From IMG/VR virus record IMGVR_UViG_3300037963_000751, positions 1 to 60,796 of that record: 60,796 nt of DNA. The stretch is one strand, 5' to 3'. A model generated the notes under the pieces. That model worked only from the letters and a program-made list of their open reading frames with translations, was not told the origin of the DNA and made no database searches. Shown here piece by piece: positions 27,421 through 36,686 of this stretch (the stretch's first letter is position 1; the number at the start of each line of letters is the position of its first letter). The translations under genes were made by a program, and so were the position numbers. The DNA comes from a virus (taxonomy: Duplodnaviria; Caudoviricetes).

Positions 27421-27610
27421 CCTGTGTCGATAATAATATAGTTAGTGTCGATTCTATGTCGATTTCAAAATAGTTAAGTAGTTGATTTATAGTTAGTTAT
27501 TTTTTTTTATGTCGATATGTCGATTTTAAAGTCTCGTATATAAGAAAGAGTTACGCAGTAGTAATAATATATATATATATATATAGAAAATTTTTTGACA
27601 CATGACATAA
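27421..27610. other. Origin-like module 2: five TGTCGA iterons, (TA)n tract and inverted TGACA sites
   Basis: Same layout as 15625..15790. Confidence 0.55.
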
Positions 27611-27621
27611 GAGATATTTAT

Positions 27622-27629
27622 TATCTTTG
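27622..27629 (+). promoter_or_regulatory. -7 promoter box TATCTTTG for groEL
   Basis: TAnnTTTG consensus. Confidence 0.7.
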
Positions 27630-27651
27630 TGAAAATTAAATTTAATTCAAT

Positions 27652-29265
27652 ATGCAACAACATGGATACAATCCGAAGGAGTTAAACTTCGGAGAGGAAG
27701 GACGAAAGAAGTTAGAAAGCGGAATCACGAAACTCGCTAATGCTGTAAAGAGTACTCTCGGTCCTCGAGGGAACACAGTATTAATTGAATCACCACATCA
27801 CACATCAGGTATCACAGTTACTAAAGATGGTGTCACTGTAGCTAAGTCAATAGACTTGGTAGACCCGGTGGAGAATCTCGCAGTCAAGATAATGAAAGAG
27901 GCTGCGGATAGGACTGCGACTCTTGCAGGAGATGGAACGACTACAGCGATAGTATTAGCTGAAGCTATTATTAATATTGGTAATAAATATATTACTGACA
28001 AACATAATCGTACGGAGGTACTAAGAGAGTTAGTCTCGGCAAAAGATTATGTGGTTGAGATGTTAGCTAAAGATTCTTTGAGTATAACTGACAAGACATT
28101 GAAAGATGTGGCTATAGTATCAGCGAACAATGATACTGAGGTGGGAGAGTTGATAACTGAAACTTATCTTGAGGTAGGCAAGGATGGTCTTGTTACAGTA
28201 GAGAAGGCACAGGGTGCTGAGACTTATTATGAAACCACTAAAGGTTTACAAGTTGATAGAGGTTACATGTCAAACATGTTTGTGAACAATCACAAGAATG
28301 ATGAGTGTATATTAGAAGATGTACATATATTAGTATCTGACTCAGAGATAAGTAGTATCATGCAGATTGATGGTGTATTGAAACCATTGGTAGCTGACCG
28401 ACATAATATAAAGTTATTAATCATTGCACCTTGCTCCAAGGAAATGGAGAATACTCTAACGGCTAATGTAGTAAAGAATGGTTTAAAGATATGTTCTATA
28501 CCACCTCCCAACTTTGGATACAAACAACATGAGTTGATGAGCGACATTGCTGTGTCAGTAGGAGCGACATACTTCAGTGAGAAGACAGGAGATGATTTAA
28601 GTCTTATCGAGTTCAGCGACTTGGGTAAAGCTAAGAAGGTTATAGTGGGTAGGTCAAAGACAGTTATCATTAATAATGATGATGAGGATTTGGTATACAA
28701 GAGAGACCTGAGAGTTGAGGAGCTATGGGTTCAACATAATAATACAAAGAAGAAAGCAGATAGGGATTTTATAAAATCTCGAATTGCCACCCTTACGGGT
28801 GGCGTGGGTGTCATACATGTAGGAGGAGACACTGACATAGAGCAGAAAGAATTATATGATAGAGTTGATGATGCAGTATGTGCTGTTCGAGCTGCACTAA
28901 GTGAAGGGATACTTCCGGGAGGAGGAGTTGCTTTGATGAGATATGCTGATATGTATAATCGCATGGACCACCAAAACAAAAACATAAAGGCAGCTATACA
29001 GATAATGTCTGAAGCGTTAATGGCTCCTGTCATACAGATACTTACTAACGCAGGGAAAAACTTTGAGGATATATATACAGAGATACCAAAGAAGAACCAT
29101 GGCTATGATGTGAAGAATGAAAAGAAAGGGGACTTGATAAAGATGGGAGTAATAGACCCATCCAAAGTAACAAGGTCTGCTCTTATCAATGCTATGTCTG
29201 TAGCGACAACAATACTAAGTACAAATGCAATCGTAACAATGGCGAGAAGTTATGAAACCAATTAA
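27652..29265 (+). CDS. groEL: Chaperonin GroEL (phage-encoded)
   Basis: TLGPRG, VTKDGVTVAK, AGDGTTTA, GGGVAL, GVIDP. Confidence 0.97.
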   Translation: MQQHGYNPKELNFGEEGRKKLESGITKLANAVKSTLGPRGNTVLIESPHHTSGITVTKDGVTVAKSIDLVDPVENLAVKIMKEAADRTATLAGDGTTTAIVLAEAIINIGNKYITDKHNRTEVLRELVSAKDYVVEMLAKDSLSITDKTLKDVAIVSANNDTEVGELITETYLEVGKDGLVTVEKAQGAETYYETTKGLQVDRGYMSNMFVNNHKNDECILEDVHILVSDSEISSIMQIDGVLKPLVADRHNIKLLIIAPCSKEMENTLTANVVKNGLKICSIPPPNFGYKQHELMSDIAVSVGATYFSEKTGDDLSLIEFSDLGKAKKVIVGRSKTVIINNDDEDLVYKRDLRVEELWVQHNNTKKKADRDFIKSRIATLTGGVGVIHVGGDTDIEQKELYDRVDDAVCAVRAALSEGILPGGGVALMRYADMYNRMDHQNKNIKAAIQIMSEALMAPVIQILTNAGKNFEDIYTEIPKKNHGYDVKNEKKGDLIKMGVIDPSKVTRSALINAMSVATTILSTNAIVTMARSYETN

Positions 29266-29509
29266 TAAATATATTATAATAAAACCTATTGATGAGGAAA
29301 TAAAAACCTCATCAGGTCTTTTACTATCTGCACATGATGTAGATAAGTTTAGATATAAGAAAGCAAAAGTAATAAAGCCGGGTACAACAGTTGAGGATAT
29401 AAAGGAGGGAGATGAGATTTACTTTGATAAACGTACAGGCTACTCTATGATGCTTAACAATGAGAAGGTAACTATCATTGTTGAGAGGGACGTTGTTGTT
29501 GTCTTGTAA
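29252..29509 (+). CDS. groES: Co-chaperonin GroES
   Basis: MKPINKYIIIKP...TSSGLLL...IKEGDEIYF...ERDVVVV. Confidence 0.9.
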   Translation: MKPINKYIIIKPIDEEIKTSSGLLLSAHDVDKFRYKKAKVIKPGTTVEDIKEGDEIYFDKRTGYSMMLNNEKVTIIVERDVVVVL

Positions 29510-29915
29510 TCTTATTCATTTTCTTAATCATGTTTCGGTACACCTTGTCGGTGTACTTTACATTCTTGTTGAACATAGGATTAATGTAAGGTTCTTCAGA
29601 TAGTTCCTTACCACTAAGTTGATTATACATATTAGTCATCATACGTTGTGACTTAAAGGATACTTTGTATATTGTTTTGTGAGTGTGATTCTTTTTTTTG
29701 GAGAAGACTTCAATCCATCCGTCACGTAGTAGCTCTTCAAACCTTCTCTCTCTCCAAGGGAGTAGTTCATCAAACTCTTTAAACTTTTGTTTAGTAAAGT
29801 ATTTCTCTGAACGTAAGAAGAGTAGCATCTCAAGTTCCGCAGTCTTAAGCTTATACTTTTGTAAAGTATAGTATCTGATTACCCTCCAATACTTGAGATA
29901 GTCATCTTGAGCCAT
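29475..29915 (-). CDS. Probable winged-helix DNA-binding protein (only antisense gene in the late arm)
   Basis: LEMLLFL...FEELLRDGWIEV...YKVS wHTH-like pattern; own TATATTTG box at 29946-29953. Confidence 0.55.
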   Translation of the reverse strand: MAQDDYLKYWRVIRYYTLQKYKLKTAELEMLLFLRSEKYFTKQKFKEFDELLPWRERRFEELLRDGWIEVFSKKKNHTHKTIYKVSFKSQRMMTNMYNQLSGKELSEEPYINPMFNKNVKYTDKVYRNMIKKMNKITRQQQRPSQQ

Positions 29916-29930
29916 TAAAATAAATTTAAT

Positions 29931-29953
29931 TAAATTTGTACTTTACAAATATA
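29931..29953. promoter_or_regulatory. Opposed -7 boxes: TAAATTTG (+, 29931-29938) and TATATTTG (-, 29946-29953)
   Basis: Both match TAnnTTTG. Confidence 0.55.
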
Positions 29954-29974
29954 TAAATTTAAATTTTTTTTATC

Positions 29975-30511
29975 ATGGCATACAAAAGAGACATGTCTTC
30001 GCCTTTAGCTGTTACTCCTAATCCGGGGGACCCTGAAAAAAGGATGAAGAAAAGAATAGCGAAAGCTAAATTAAAAAACGAGTTGAAGGCTGTTAAAGCA
30101 AAAGGAAAAAACAAACGTAAAGTAAGAAAAGCTACAGCAGATGCGAAAGCAGATGCAATCTTAAAAAAGAAAAAAGATAGTCGAGCAAAAAGAATCTCAT
30201 CAATTGCCAAAAGCGTTAGAACTAAAAGCGTAAACGTAAAAGGAGATAGAAGATTAAAAGGTGATAACGTAACAAAGACAACTAAGATTACGAAAACCAA
30301 AAACGTAAACAAGAACAAGAACACTAACCTAAATAACCAACAGAAGCAAGCTCAAAAATCAAAAGCTGCCGGTGGAGCAGGTGGAGGTGGAGGAATGTCA
30401 CGTTCAAGTGCTAACAAGACTCGAGTTAAAAATGTTTCAAAGAAAAAGCAAAATAACACACGAGTCTATAATGATAACAGAAGAGATAACAGAAGATACG
30501 GAATAAATTAA
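29975..30511 (+). CDS. Very basic K/R-rich protein
   Basis: Composition. Confidence 0.75.
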   Translation: MAYKRDMSSPLAVTPNPGDPEKRMKKRIAKAKLKNELKAVKAKGKNKRKVRKATADAKADAILKKKKDSRAKRISSIAKSVRTKSVNVKGDRRLKGDNVTKTTKITKTKNVNKNKNTNLNNQQKQAQKSKAAGGAGGGGGMSRSSANKTRVKNVSKKKQNNTRVYNDNRRDNRRYGIN

Positions 30512-30615
30512 ATTGTTATCTTTAAAAAGCTAAACCAAATACACGCATTCATATCCTTTCTCAATAGAGAGAGGATGAATGCTATGGTACATTCACACAC
30601 TCCAATATTTTAATC

Positions 30616-30909
30616 ATGGCAATAAAGAACAAAGAGGAAAGGAAAAAAAAATTAGAAGCTTATAAAAAATATCAAAAGGAAGCTGCATCAAGAACAAAGA
30701 TGGCTAAAGAAAAAAGAGATAAGCTAAAGTCTGCGAAGAGAAAGTCCATGGAGAAAAAAAATAAGGAAAAGAAAGAAAGAATGTTGAAGTTTGTAGAAGC
30801 ATCTAAACAACAGAGACAAGAGAATGAGTCTCAAAGAAAAACAAGAAGTTATAACAGAGATACAGGTTCAAGCATTAAAAAGCTTCAGTGGTTAAAGACC
30901 GGAATATAA
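30616..30909 (+). CDS. Basic coiled-coil protein
   Basis: Composition. Confidence 0.7.
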   Translation: MAIKNKEERKKKLEAYKKYQKEAASRTKMAKEKRDKLKSAKRKSMEKKNKEKKERMLKFVEASKQQRQENESQRKTRSYNRDTGSSIKKLQWLKTGI

Positions 30910-30958
30910 AGCATATTAATTTTTATCATTATCTTTGTTTAAATAAAAATTTTTAAAA

Positions 30959-31183
30959 ATGAAAAAGCAAGGTTACAACGCAAGACTTGATGAGTCAATA
31001 GGTGGAAGACACAAAGGAGCTCACAAGCAATCAATGAAAGACAGAAGAGATGAAAGCAAAGCTATGTCTAAAAAAATGTATGGTCATTCATACGGAGCAG
31101 ACAAAGGAATGTCTTATCGTCATTCTCATCCTCAGTGTGTTAACTATGTAAAGAAGCATTTATCAGGCTTAATTAAAAAGTAA
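30959..31183 (+). CDS. Small basic protein (KQGYNARLDESIG motif)
   Basis: TATCTTTG box at 30930-30937. Confidence 0.75.
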   Translation: MKKQGYNARLDESIGGRHKGAHKQSMKDRRDESKAMSKKMYGHSYGADKGMSYRHSHPQCVNYVKKHLSGLIKK

Positions 31184-31338
31184 TGCCACGCATAGGATTT
31201 AAAAAATTAGTTTCTAATTTAGAACGCAAAGGCAAATCAAAAGAATCTGCTCAAAAGATTGCTGCTTTTATTGGTAGAAAAAAATACGGAAAGAGCAAGA
31301 TGTCTAAGATGGCTGCTGCAGGAAGAAGAAAAAGATAA
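31183..31338 (+). CDS. Small basic protein, 51 aa (MPRIGFKKLVSNLERKG...IGRKKYG...), not in the ORF track
   Basis: TAATG translational coupling at both ends. Confidence 0.7.
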   Translation: MPRIGFKKLVSNLERKGKSKESAQKIAAFIGRKKYGKSKMSKMAAAGRRKR

Positions 31339-31505
31339 TGGATAACAACACATCAAAAGGTCTTGGAGACTCGATAGAAAAGTTTACTACTAAGACAGGC
31401 ATTAAGTCTGTAGTAAAGAAAGTAACTAAAGCTATGGGGGTGGAGGATTGTGGTTGTGGTAAAAGACGTGACGCATTAAATAAAGTTGTACCTTATAAAA
31501 AATAA
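31338..31505 (+). CDS. Small protein, 55 aa (SKGLGDSIEK...DCGCGKRRDALN), not in the ORF track
   Basis: TAATG coupling; GLGD...DCGC motif. Confidence 0.75.
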   Translation: MDNNTSKGLGDSIEKFTTKTGIKSVVKKVTKAMGVEDCGCGKRRDALNKVVPYKK

Positions 31506-31508
31506 ACA

Positions 31509-31982
31509 ATGGCATATCAAAAATTACAAGCCGGAGCTGCATTAGCTGTTATAAAAAGTGATGATGTAGACATCCCTAATCCTGCATCATTAATGGTGTC
31601 ATCTACAACAACGTCTGCTACAGCAAGTCAGTTGAATGATACAAATCAAAATTTTAATACATTGGGTGTAAAACCGGGTGATATTATATATGATAGTAGT
31701 AACACTGTTGCTTCAAAAGTAAACTTTGTTGTAAGTGACAATGAGTTAAATGTAACTCCTGCTATAGCAAGTGGTGCAAATTATAAACTATACGCACAAT
31801 CATCACTACCAAGTAACGGGTGTGTATTATACATTGGCTCAGGTGGAGATGTAAGTATTACTACTGTTAGTGGAGACACTGTATTATTTAAAGGATTAGT
31901 AACAGGACAGTTTGTTCCTGTCCAAACCATACGTGTTAATAGCACAGGTACAGCAGCAGCAGACATAGTAGCATTGTGGTAA
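31509..31982 (+). CDS. Probable virion structural protein
   Basis: Beta-rich; LYIGSGGDV...TGTAAADIVALW C-terminus. Confidence 0.6.
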   Translation: MAYQKLQAGAALAVIKSDDVDIPNPASLMVSSTTTSATASQLNDTNQNFNTLGVKPGDIIYDSSNTVASKVNFVVSDNELNVTPAIASGANYKLYAQSSLPSNGCVLYIGSGGDVSITTVSGDTVLFKGLVTGQFVPVQTIRVNSTGTAAADIVALW

Positions 31983-31985
31983 GAG

Positions 31986-32813
31986 ATGAATCTATCAGGA
32001 CTCGCTAACATAATAGGTAACTCCATTGTTGGAGGTGTACCGGGGGGAGGAGGAACACCATCTCAACCTGCGAATGCGTGGTCTATGCAGACAGATGGTG
32101 TTAACCAATTTGCTGAGTCAGTTACTACTCCCTATGATACTCTTGATGGAGCTACTAATTTTTCTATTAGTGTTTGGGTGAAGCCTGATAACTTTACTCA
32201 TGACAGAGTAATAACTCATGTAGCACGAGATTCGAATGTTAATAATTCTCAGTTTTTTTTATGGATAAGAGCTTCTACAGGTTTTTTGAATTTTTCTATG
32301 GAAATTCCGTCTTATTATATAAGGTCAAATGTAGGATTAACTGCAGGTGTTTGGCAACACGTAGCGGTAACAGTAGACTTTTCTCAACCTGACTGTCCGG
32401 GAGGAAATAAAAGTAATCTATATATAAATGGAGTTAATGTTAATGGATTGTGTAACCAAAGAAGTCCGGTGTGGGCAGGTACAAGTCTATCACCTTCTAC
32501 AGGTAGAATAGGTATAGGTCAAGATGTAGTAGCAAGTTCACTTGCTCCTTATTATGGATTTATAGATGAGTTTGCTATATGGAACGGAGTAACACTAAGT
32601 CCTGCAGATGTATTAGGTATTTATAATCAAGCAGGTGCAGGAAAGCCCGGCAACTTAAATCAATTAACTAACCCACCAAACTTGTGGTACAGATTCGGAG
32701 ATAACAATACACCTCCCGGTGGTGGAACTGCTATTCCTAATCAAGGAAGCTCAGGAGCTACAGATAATGGCGTTGCTATTAATGGTGCAAGTTTTGTAAA
32801 TGATACACCTTAA
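31986..32813 (+). CDS. LamG/concanavalin-A-like lectin-domain structural protein
   Basis: FSISVWVK, WQHVAVT, LYING, GFIDEFAIWN. Confidence 0.85.
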   Translation: MNLSGLANIIGNSIVGGVPGGGGTPSQPANAWSMQTDGVNQFAESVTTPYDTLDGATNFSISVWVKPDNFTHDRVITHVARDSNVNNSQFFLWIRASTGFLNFSMEIPSYYIRSNVGLTAGVWQHVAVTVDFSQPDCPGGNKSNLYINGVNVNGLCNQRSPVWAGTSLSPSTGRIGIGQDVVASSLAPYYGFIDEFAIWNGVTLSPADVLGIYNQAGAGKPGNLNQLTNPPNLWYRFGDNNTPPGGGTAIPNQGSSGATDNGVAINGASFVNDTP

Positions 32814-32823
32814 TATATAAACC

Positions 32824-33078
32824 ATGGCACTAAAAAGTATATATGATGTTTACGCAGTAATAAATGTAAGTGACCTTGATAAAATGGATTACTCGCAAAT
32901 ATCAACTACTTCACGAGAAACAGTTATGTACAATATTGCTAATACGGAGTTTATAACTTCATGGGATACTACTCCTACTTTTATTAGTGATGGAAGCGTT
33001 ACTCCTGTTAGCACAATGAATCATGCTGAGGCAGTGGAACTTATTGCTTCTGCTGAGTGGAGTATTCCTATAGAGTAA
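32824..33078 (+). CDS. Small structural/assembly protein
   Basis: Follows the LamG gene. Confidence 0.65.
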   Translation: MALKSIYDVYAVINVSDLDKMDYSQISTTSRETVMYNIANTEFITSWDTTPTFISDGSVTPVSTMNHAEAVELIASAEWSIPIE

Positions 33079-33130
33079 AAAATAATTTTGTATATTTGTG
33101 ACAATGAATTAATAGACACTTTTTTATGTC

Positions 33131-33397
33131 ATGAATCTATCAGAAAAAACTAAAATAACTTTTACTCCTGCTAACTTACTTTCACTTGTAACAACAGTAG
33201 TCGCAGTAACAGGAATATGGTTTCACCTTAATGGTCAAATCGAAGAAGCAAAAGAACTTCCCAAGAATGAAAATGATAAAGTTGTAAGAGAAGCTGTTCT
33301 AAAAATGAACGCAGACATGCAATACATTAAAGATGAGATAACAGAAATTAAATCTCGTCTTGATAAAATGGAAGAAAGGCTTTACCAACTTAAATAA
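33131..33397 (+). CDS. TM plus coiled-coil protein (holin-like)
   Basis: One TM segment; precedes the putative endolysin; TATATTTG box at 33091. Confidence 0.55.
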   Translation: MNLSEKTKITFTPANLLSLVTTVVAVTGIWFHLNGQIEEAKELPKNENDKVVREAVLKMNADMQYIKDEITEIKSRLDKMEERLYQLK

Positions 33398-33400
33398 AAT

Positions 33401-34009
33401 ATGACTCTAATAGAACAAATGACTCTTGCTAAGGTGCAAGAAGTATTCAAAGAAAAGAACTATGCGTTCTTCACTAAAGGAAATTACAACTTAAACATAA
33501 TAGGAGTAAGAAGTCCTAATCAAGTAGCTAATAGCTTTGATGACTATATGCTTGTTATATATAAAAAACTTGACAAGTGGGTTATCAATGAGTTTACTAT
33601 TACTACAGATGCAGGTTTGTATTGGTTACAAAATCCTATGAATAAAAAAGGAACAGCACTACTTGTTCCTAATCAGTATAGAAGTACATACAAACTTGAT
33701 GGTCATGGAAGAACAAGATACGAAGCGTTGTGTCAGAGACTTGCTAACGTAGAAGTATATCGTGATGACAACAAGGATAAGATACTTGACTATGATGACG
33801 CAACGAAGGAGTGGGGGATGTTTGGTATAAACATTCACCGGTCACATCCTTACCATGAGAAAGACACAGTAGATAAATACAGTGCAGGCTGTCAGGTCTT
33901 TCAATCTATATATGAGTATAATGATTTTATAGCATTATGCAAAACCTCATCAAGACTTTACGGAAACAGTTTTACATATACCCTTCTTTTAGAAAGTGAT
34001 TTACTATAA
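33401..34009 (+). CDS. Putative endolysin with an L,D-transpeptidase-like catalytic motif
   Basis: GINIHRS...YSAGCQV (H...SxGC); lysis-gene context. Confidence 0.6.
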   Translation: MTLIEQMTLAKVQEVFKEKNYAFFTKGNYNLNIIGVRSPNQVANSFDDYMLVIYKKLDKWVINEFTITTDAGLYWLQNPMNKKGTALLVPNQYRSTYKLDGHGRTRYEALCQRLANVEVYRDDNKDKILDYDDATKEWGMFGINIHRSHPYHEKDTVDKYSAGCQVFQSIYEYNDFIALCKTSSRLYGNSFTYTLLLESDLL

Positions 34010-34044
34010 TTTTATTTAGTTATCTTTGTATAAAATTAAATACA

Positions 34045-34269
34045 ATGAAATTAACTAAAGAAGAATTAGAAAGAGTTCAGGAATTGAACAATTCGTTTAC
34101 TCAAGCAAAATTAGCTATTGGAGAGTTAGAACTAAAACGCCATGGAATGTTACAGGAAGTGGATAAGTTGAGACAATCTTTTGCTATTGAGGAACAGAAA
34201 TTAATTAGTAAATACGGAGCTGATTCTGTTATCAACTTACAAACAGGAGAGGTGACAGAAAAGAAATAA
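34045..34269 (+). CDS. Small coiled-coil protein (tail-fibre associated)
   Basis: KYG...INLQTGEV ending; TATCTTTG box at 34021. Confidence 0.65.
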   Translation: MKLTKEELERVQELNNSFTQAKLAIGELELKRHGMLQEVDKLRQSFAIEEQKLISKYGADSVINLQTGEVTEKK

Positions 34270-34270
34270 T

Positions 34271-36271
34271 ATGTCAAAGATAAGTAACCAAAGTGCGTAT
34301 CCTGCAGCAGCACCTGCATTAGATGATTATTTAATTGGAACAGATGTTAGTGATAGTAATGCAACCAAGACATTTACTCTTGGAGATATTACAGGTTTAA
34401 CACCTGCAGATACTTTAGAAGAAGTATTAACAGCAGGGAATACAGCAACCAACAATATAATTTTAACAGGTGACGTAAGCTGTACTAATGCAATACTAAC
34501 AGGTGATATAAGTTGTGTCAATGCCACTTTAACAGGTGACGTAAGCTGTACAAACTTAACAGCAACTACAACTATAACAGGAACAACAATAAATGGAACA
34601 TCTATAACAGGAACAGTTGTTGTAGGTAATACTTCAGTTACTACTCCATTAGTTAGACCAACGAACATTGAGGATAGTGCAGGTAGTACAGGAACTGCAG
34701 GGCAATACTTACGTTTTCAACCCGGTGGAATTGTGTGGGAAACAGTAGTACCTGCAATACCTAATTTATCTGATGTACTTACTTCAGGTAACACTGCAAC
34801 CAACAATATTGTATTAACAGGAAACATAAGTTGTACCAATTTAACTGCAACTCAAGATGTTAATGGGGATGTGTTTAATGCAACCACTCAAGTTAGCACT
34901 GCACTACTTGATGCTACAGATATTCAAGATGGTGCAGGTGATACAGGAACCGCAGGACAATATCTTACCGCTACAGGTACAGGTTTACTGTGGCAAACAG
35001 TCAGCCCTACAGCAATCCCTTTAGCGGATGTATTAGCCGCAGGGAATACTGCAACAAACGATATAAATCTTACGGGTGTCATAGATGTTGTTGGAACTAT
35101 AACGGCAGGTGCAATAGCTCTTCATGAACCTTCAGGGTCAATTAACGGAACTTCTTTATCAGTAGGAGAGATATATGATGATATAGGAAGTGCAGGAACA
35201 GCAAACCAAGTGCTTGCAAAAAATTCTTTCAGTAACCTTTTAGAATGGAAAGCGGTTTCAGGTTCTGTACTACCTTTAAATCAATATAAATATTTTGTTG
35301 GGGACGCATCTAATCAAGCAAGTGAATCAACCTTATTAACAGAAACTGCAGGAGGAAGAGTAAACGCTACAAAGTTTACTACTCCTGACTTTGAATGTGT
35401 TGGTGTAGGTTCTACCTTTGTTCAAGAGGGAATGAATCCTGTAGGAACAAATAACCTTTCATTAGGTGAGGATAATTTAATTACAGTAAACCATTCAAAT
35501 ACACTTATTTTGGGTCATGGTAACAATGCATTAAATGTAGGTGGTGCAACCGATAGTGTTATTCTTGGTCAAGGTAACTTGGCTGCTATTACAGGTTCTG
35601 TAGAAGACAACTATATAATTGGACAAGAAGTATTACAAACTGAGACAACAAGTTCTCTAAGCAATATTGCTATTGGAAAGCAAGTAATGACGTTCACTAC
35701 AGGAGCACCTAATTCAAATGTTGTTATTGGTAACTTAGCTGTATCAACAGGAGCAGGAACAGGAGGAGTAGAAGAAAATGTTATTGTTGGAGCAGGTTCT
35801 GCGTTGGGGATAGCCACATTAAATCAGAAGAATGTAGTTCTTGGATTTAGTGCATTAGGAGAAGTAACAGGAACGGCAAGAGACAATGTAGTTATTGGCT
35901 CTAATGCTTTAGAAGGGGGTACATCAAAAACATCTTTAACAGGAAGTATTGTTATTGGTACTGCTGCTGACACCGGTGCAACCACTGCTATTAATAATGC
36001 GATTGTTGTGTCAAGTGGACCTGTAAACCTTCCATACGGACCAACGCAAACAGGAGTACAAGACAATGAAACTTTTATTGGTAACGCCAACACTACTTAC
36101 GCTCAGATTGAAGGAAGAATAAACTTCCCTCTTGTTGGAGCATCAGGTGGAGGGTTTCAAGATGATGCCGCAGCAGGTGCAGCAGGACTGACACGAGGTG
36201 ATGTGTACATGACTAATGGTACAGGAACAGGTCCTTTAGCTGTAGCAGGTATCCTAATGATAAAACAATAA
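34271..36271 (+). CDS. Tail fibre/spike protein with internal repeats
   Basis: 3x LxxVLxAGNTATN and 3x DxxGxxGTAxQxL; NVVIG beta-roll repeats. Confidence 0.8.
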   Translation: MSKISNQSAYPAAAPALDDYLIGTDVSDSNATKTFTLGDITGLTPADTLEEVLTAGNTATNNIILTGDVSCTNAILTGDISCVNATLTGDVSCTNLTATTTITGTTINGTSITGTVVVGNTSVTTPLVRPTNIEDSAGSTGTAGQYLRFQPGGIVWETVVPAIPNLSDVLTSGNTATNNIVLTGNISCTNLTATQDVNGDVFNATTQVSTALLDATDIQDGAGDTGTAGQYLTATGTGLLWQTVSPTAIPLADVLAAGNTATNDINLTGVIDVVGTITAGAIALHEPSGSINGTSLSVGEIYDDIGSAGTANQVLAKNSFSNLLEWKAVSGSVLPLNQYKYFVGDASNQASESTLLTETAGGRVNATKFTTPDFECVGVGSTFVQEGMNPVGTNNLSLGEDNLITVNHSNTLILGHGNNALNVGGATDSVILGQGNLAAITGSVEDNYIIGQEVLQTETTSSLSNIAIGKQVMTFTTGAPNSNVVIGNLAVSTGAGTGGVEENVIVGAGSALGIATLNQKNVVLGFSALGEVTGTARDNVVIGSNALEGGTSKTSLTGSIVIGTAADTGATTAINNAIVVSSGPVNLPYGPTQTGVQDNETFIGNANTTYAQIEGRINFPLVGASGGGFQDDAAAGAAGLTRGDVYMTNGTGTGPLAVAGILMIKQ

Positions 36272-36495
36272 TGGATATTAGAAAGATTTCTGTTGGACCT
36301 GACTATAAGTCGGGAGCTATGCACTACTTAGTTGGTCAAGACGTGCTTAACGGAAGTCACAAGATACATCTTATTCAATTTGATGTAGATAAAAAATCAT
36401 TTAAGATTTGGATTATAAGGTCCAATGAAGTAGTTTTATGGAAAGAGTTTACATCTCAAATCCCTATTTCAATAGAATATAACATAAACTTTTAA
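36271..36495 (+). CDS. Hypothetical protein
   Basis: TAATG coupling. Confidence 0.75.
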   Translation: MDIRKISVGPDYKSGAMHYLVGQDVLNGSHKIHLIQFDVDKKSFKIWIIRSNEVVLWKEFTSQIPISIEYNINF

Positions 36496-36497
36496 TT

Positions 36498-36686
36498 ATG
36501 AAAAATAGATTAATATCAAATTACGTTACTACAATCGTAGGACTTTTAATTATGGCTTTTTGTCTTGTAATGATTTACACAGGTAAGGCTGATAGCACAG
36601 ATATGAGTGGATGGTTAGCAGTATCTTTATTGTTCTTACGCTCTAAAGATTCCTTAATTGCTTTACCAAAGGATGAAGGAAAATAA
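36498..36686 (+). CDS. Small two-TM protein (holin candidate)
   Basis: Two hydrophobic segments. Confidence 0.6.
   Translation: MKNRLISNYVTTIVGLLIMAFCLVMIYTGKADSTDMSGWLAVSLLFLRSKDSLIALPKDEGK

Noticed and set aside
27567-27585. (TA)n microsatellite as an independent feature
   Set aside because: Better explained as the AT-rich part of origin-like module 2
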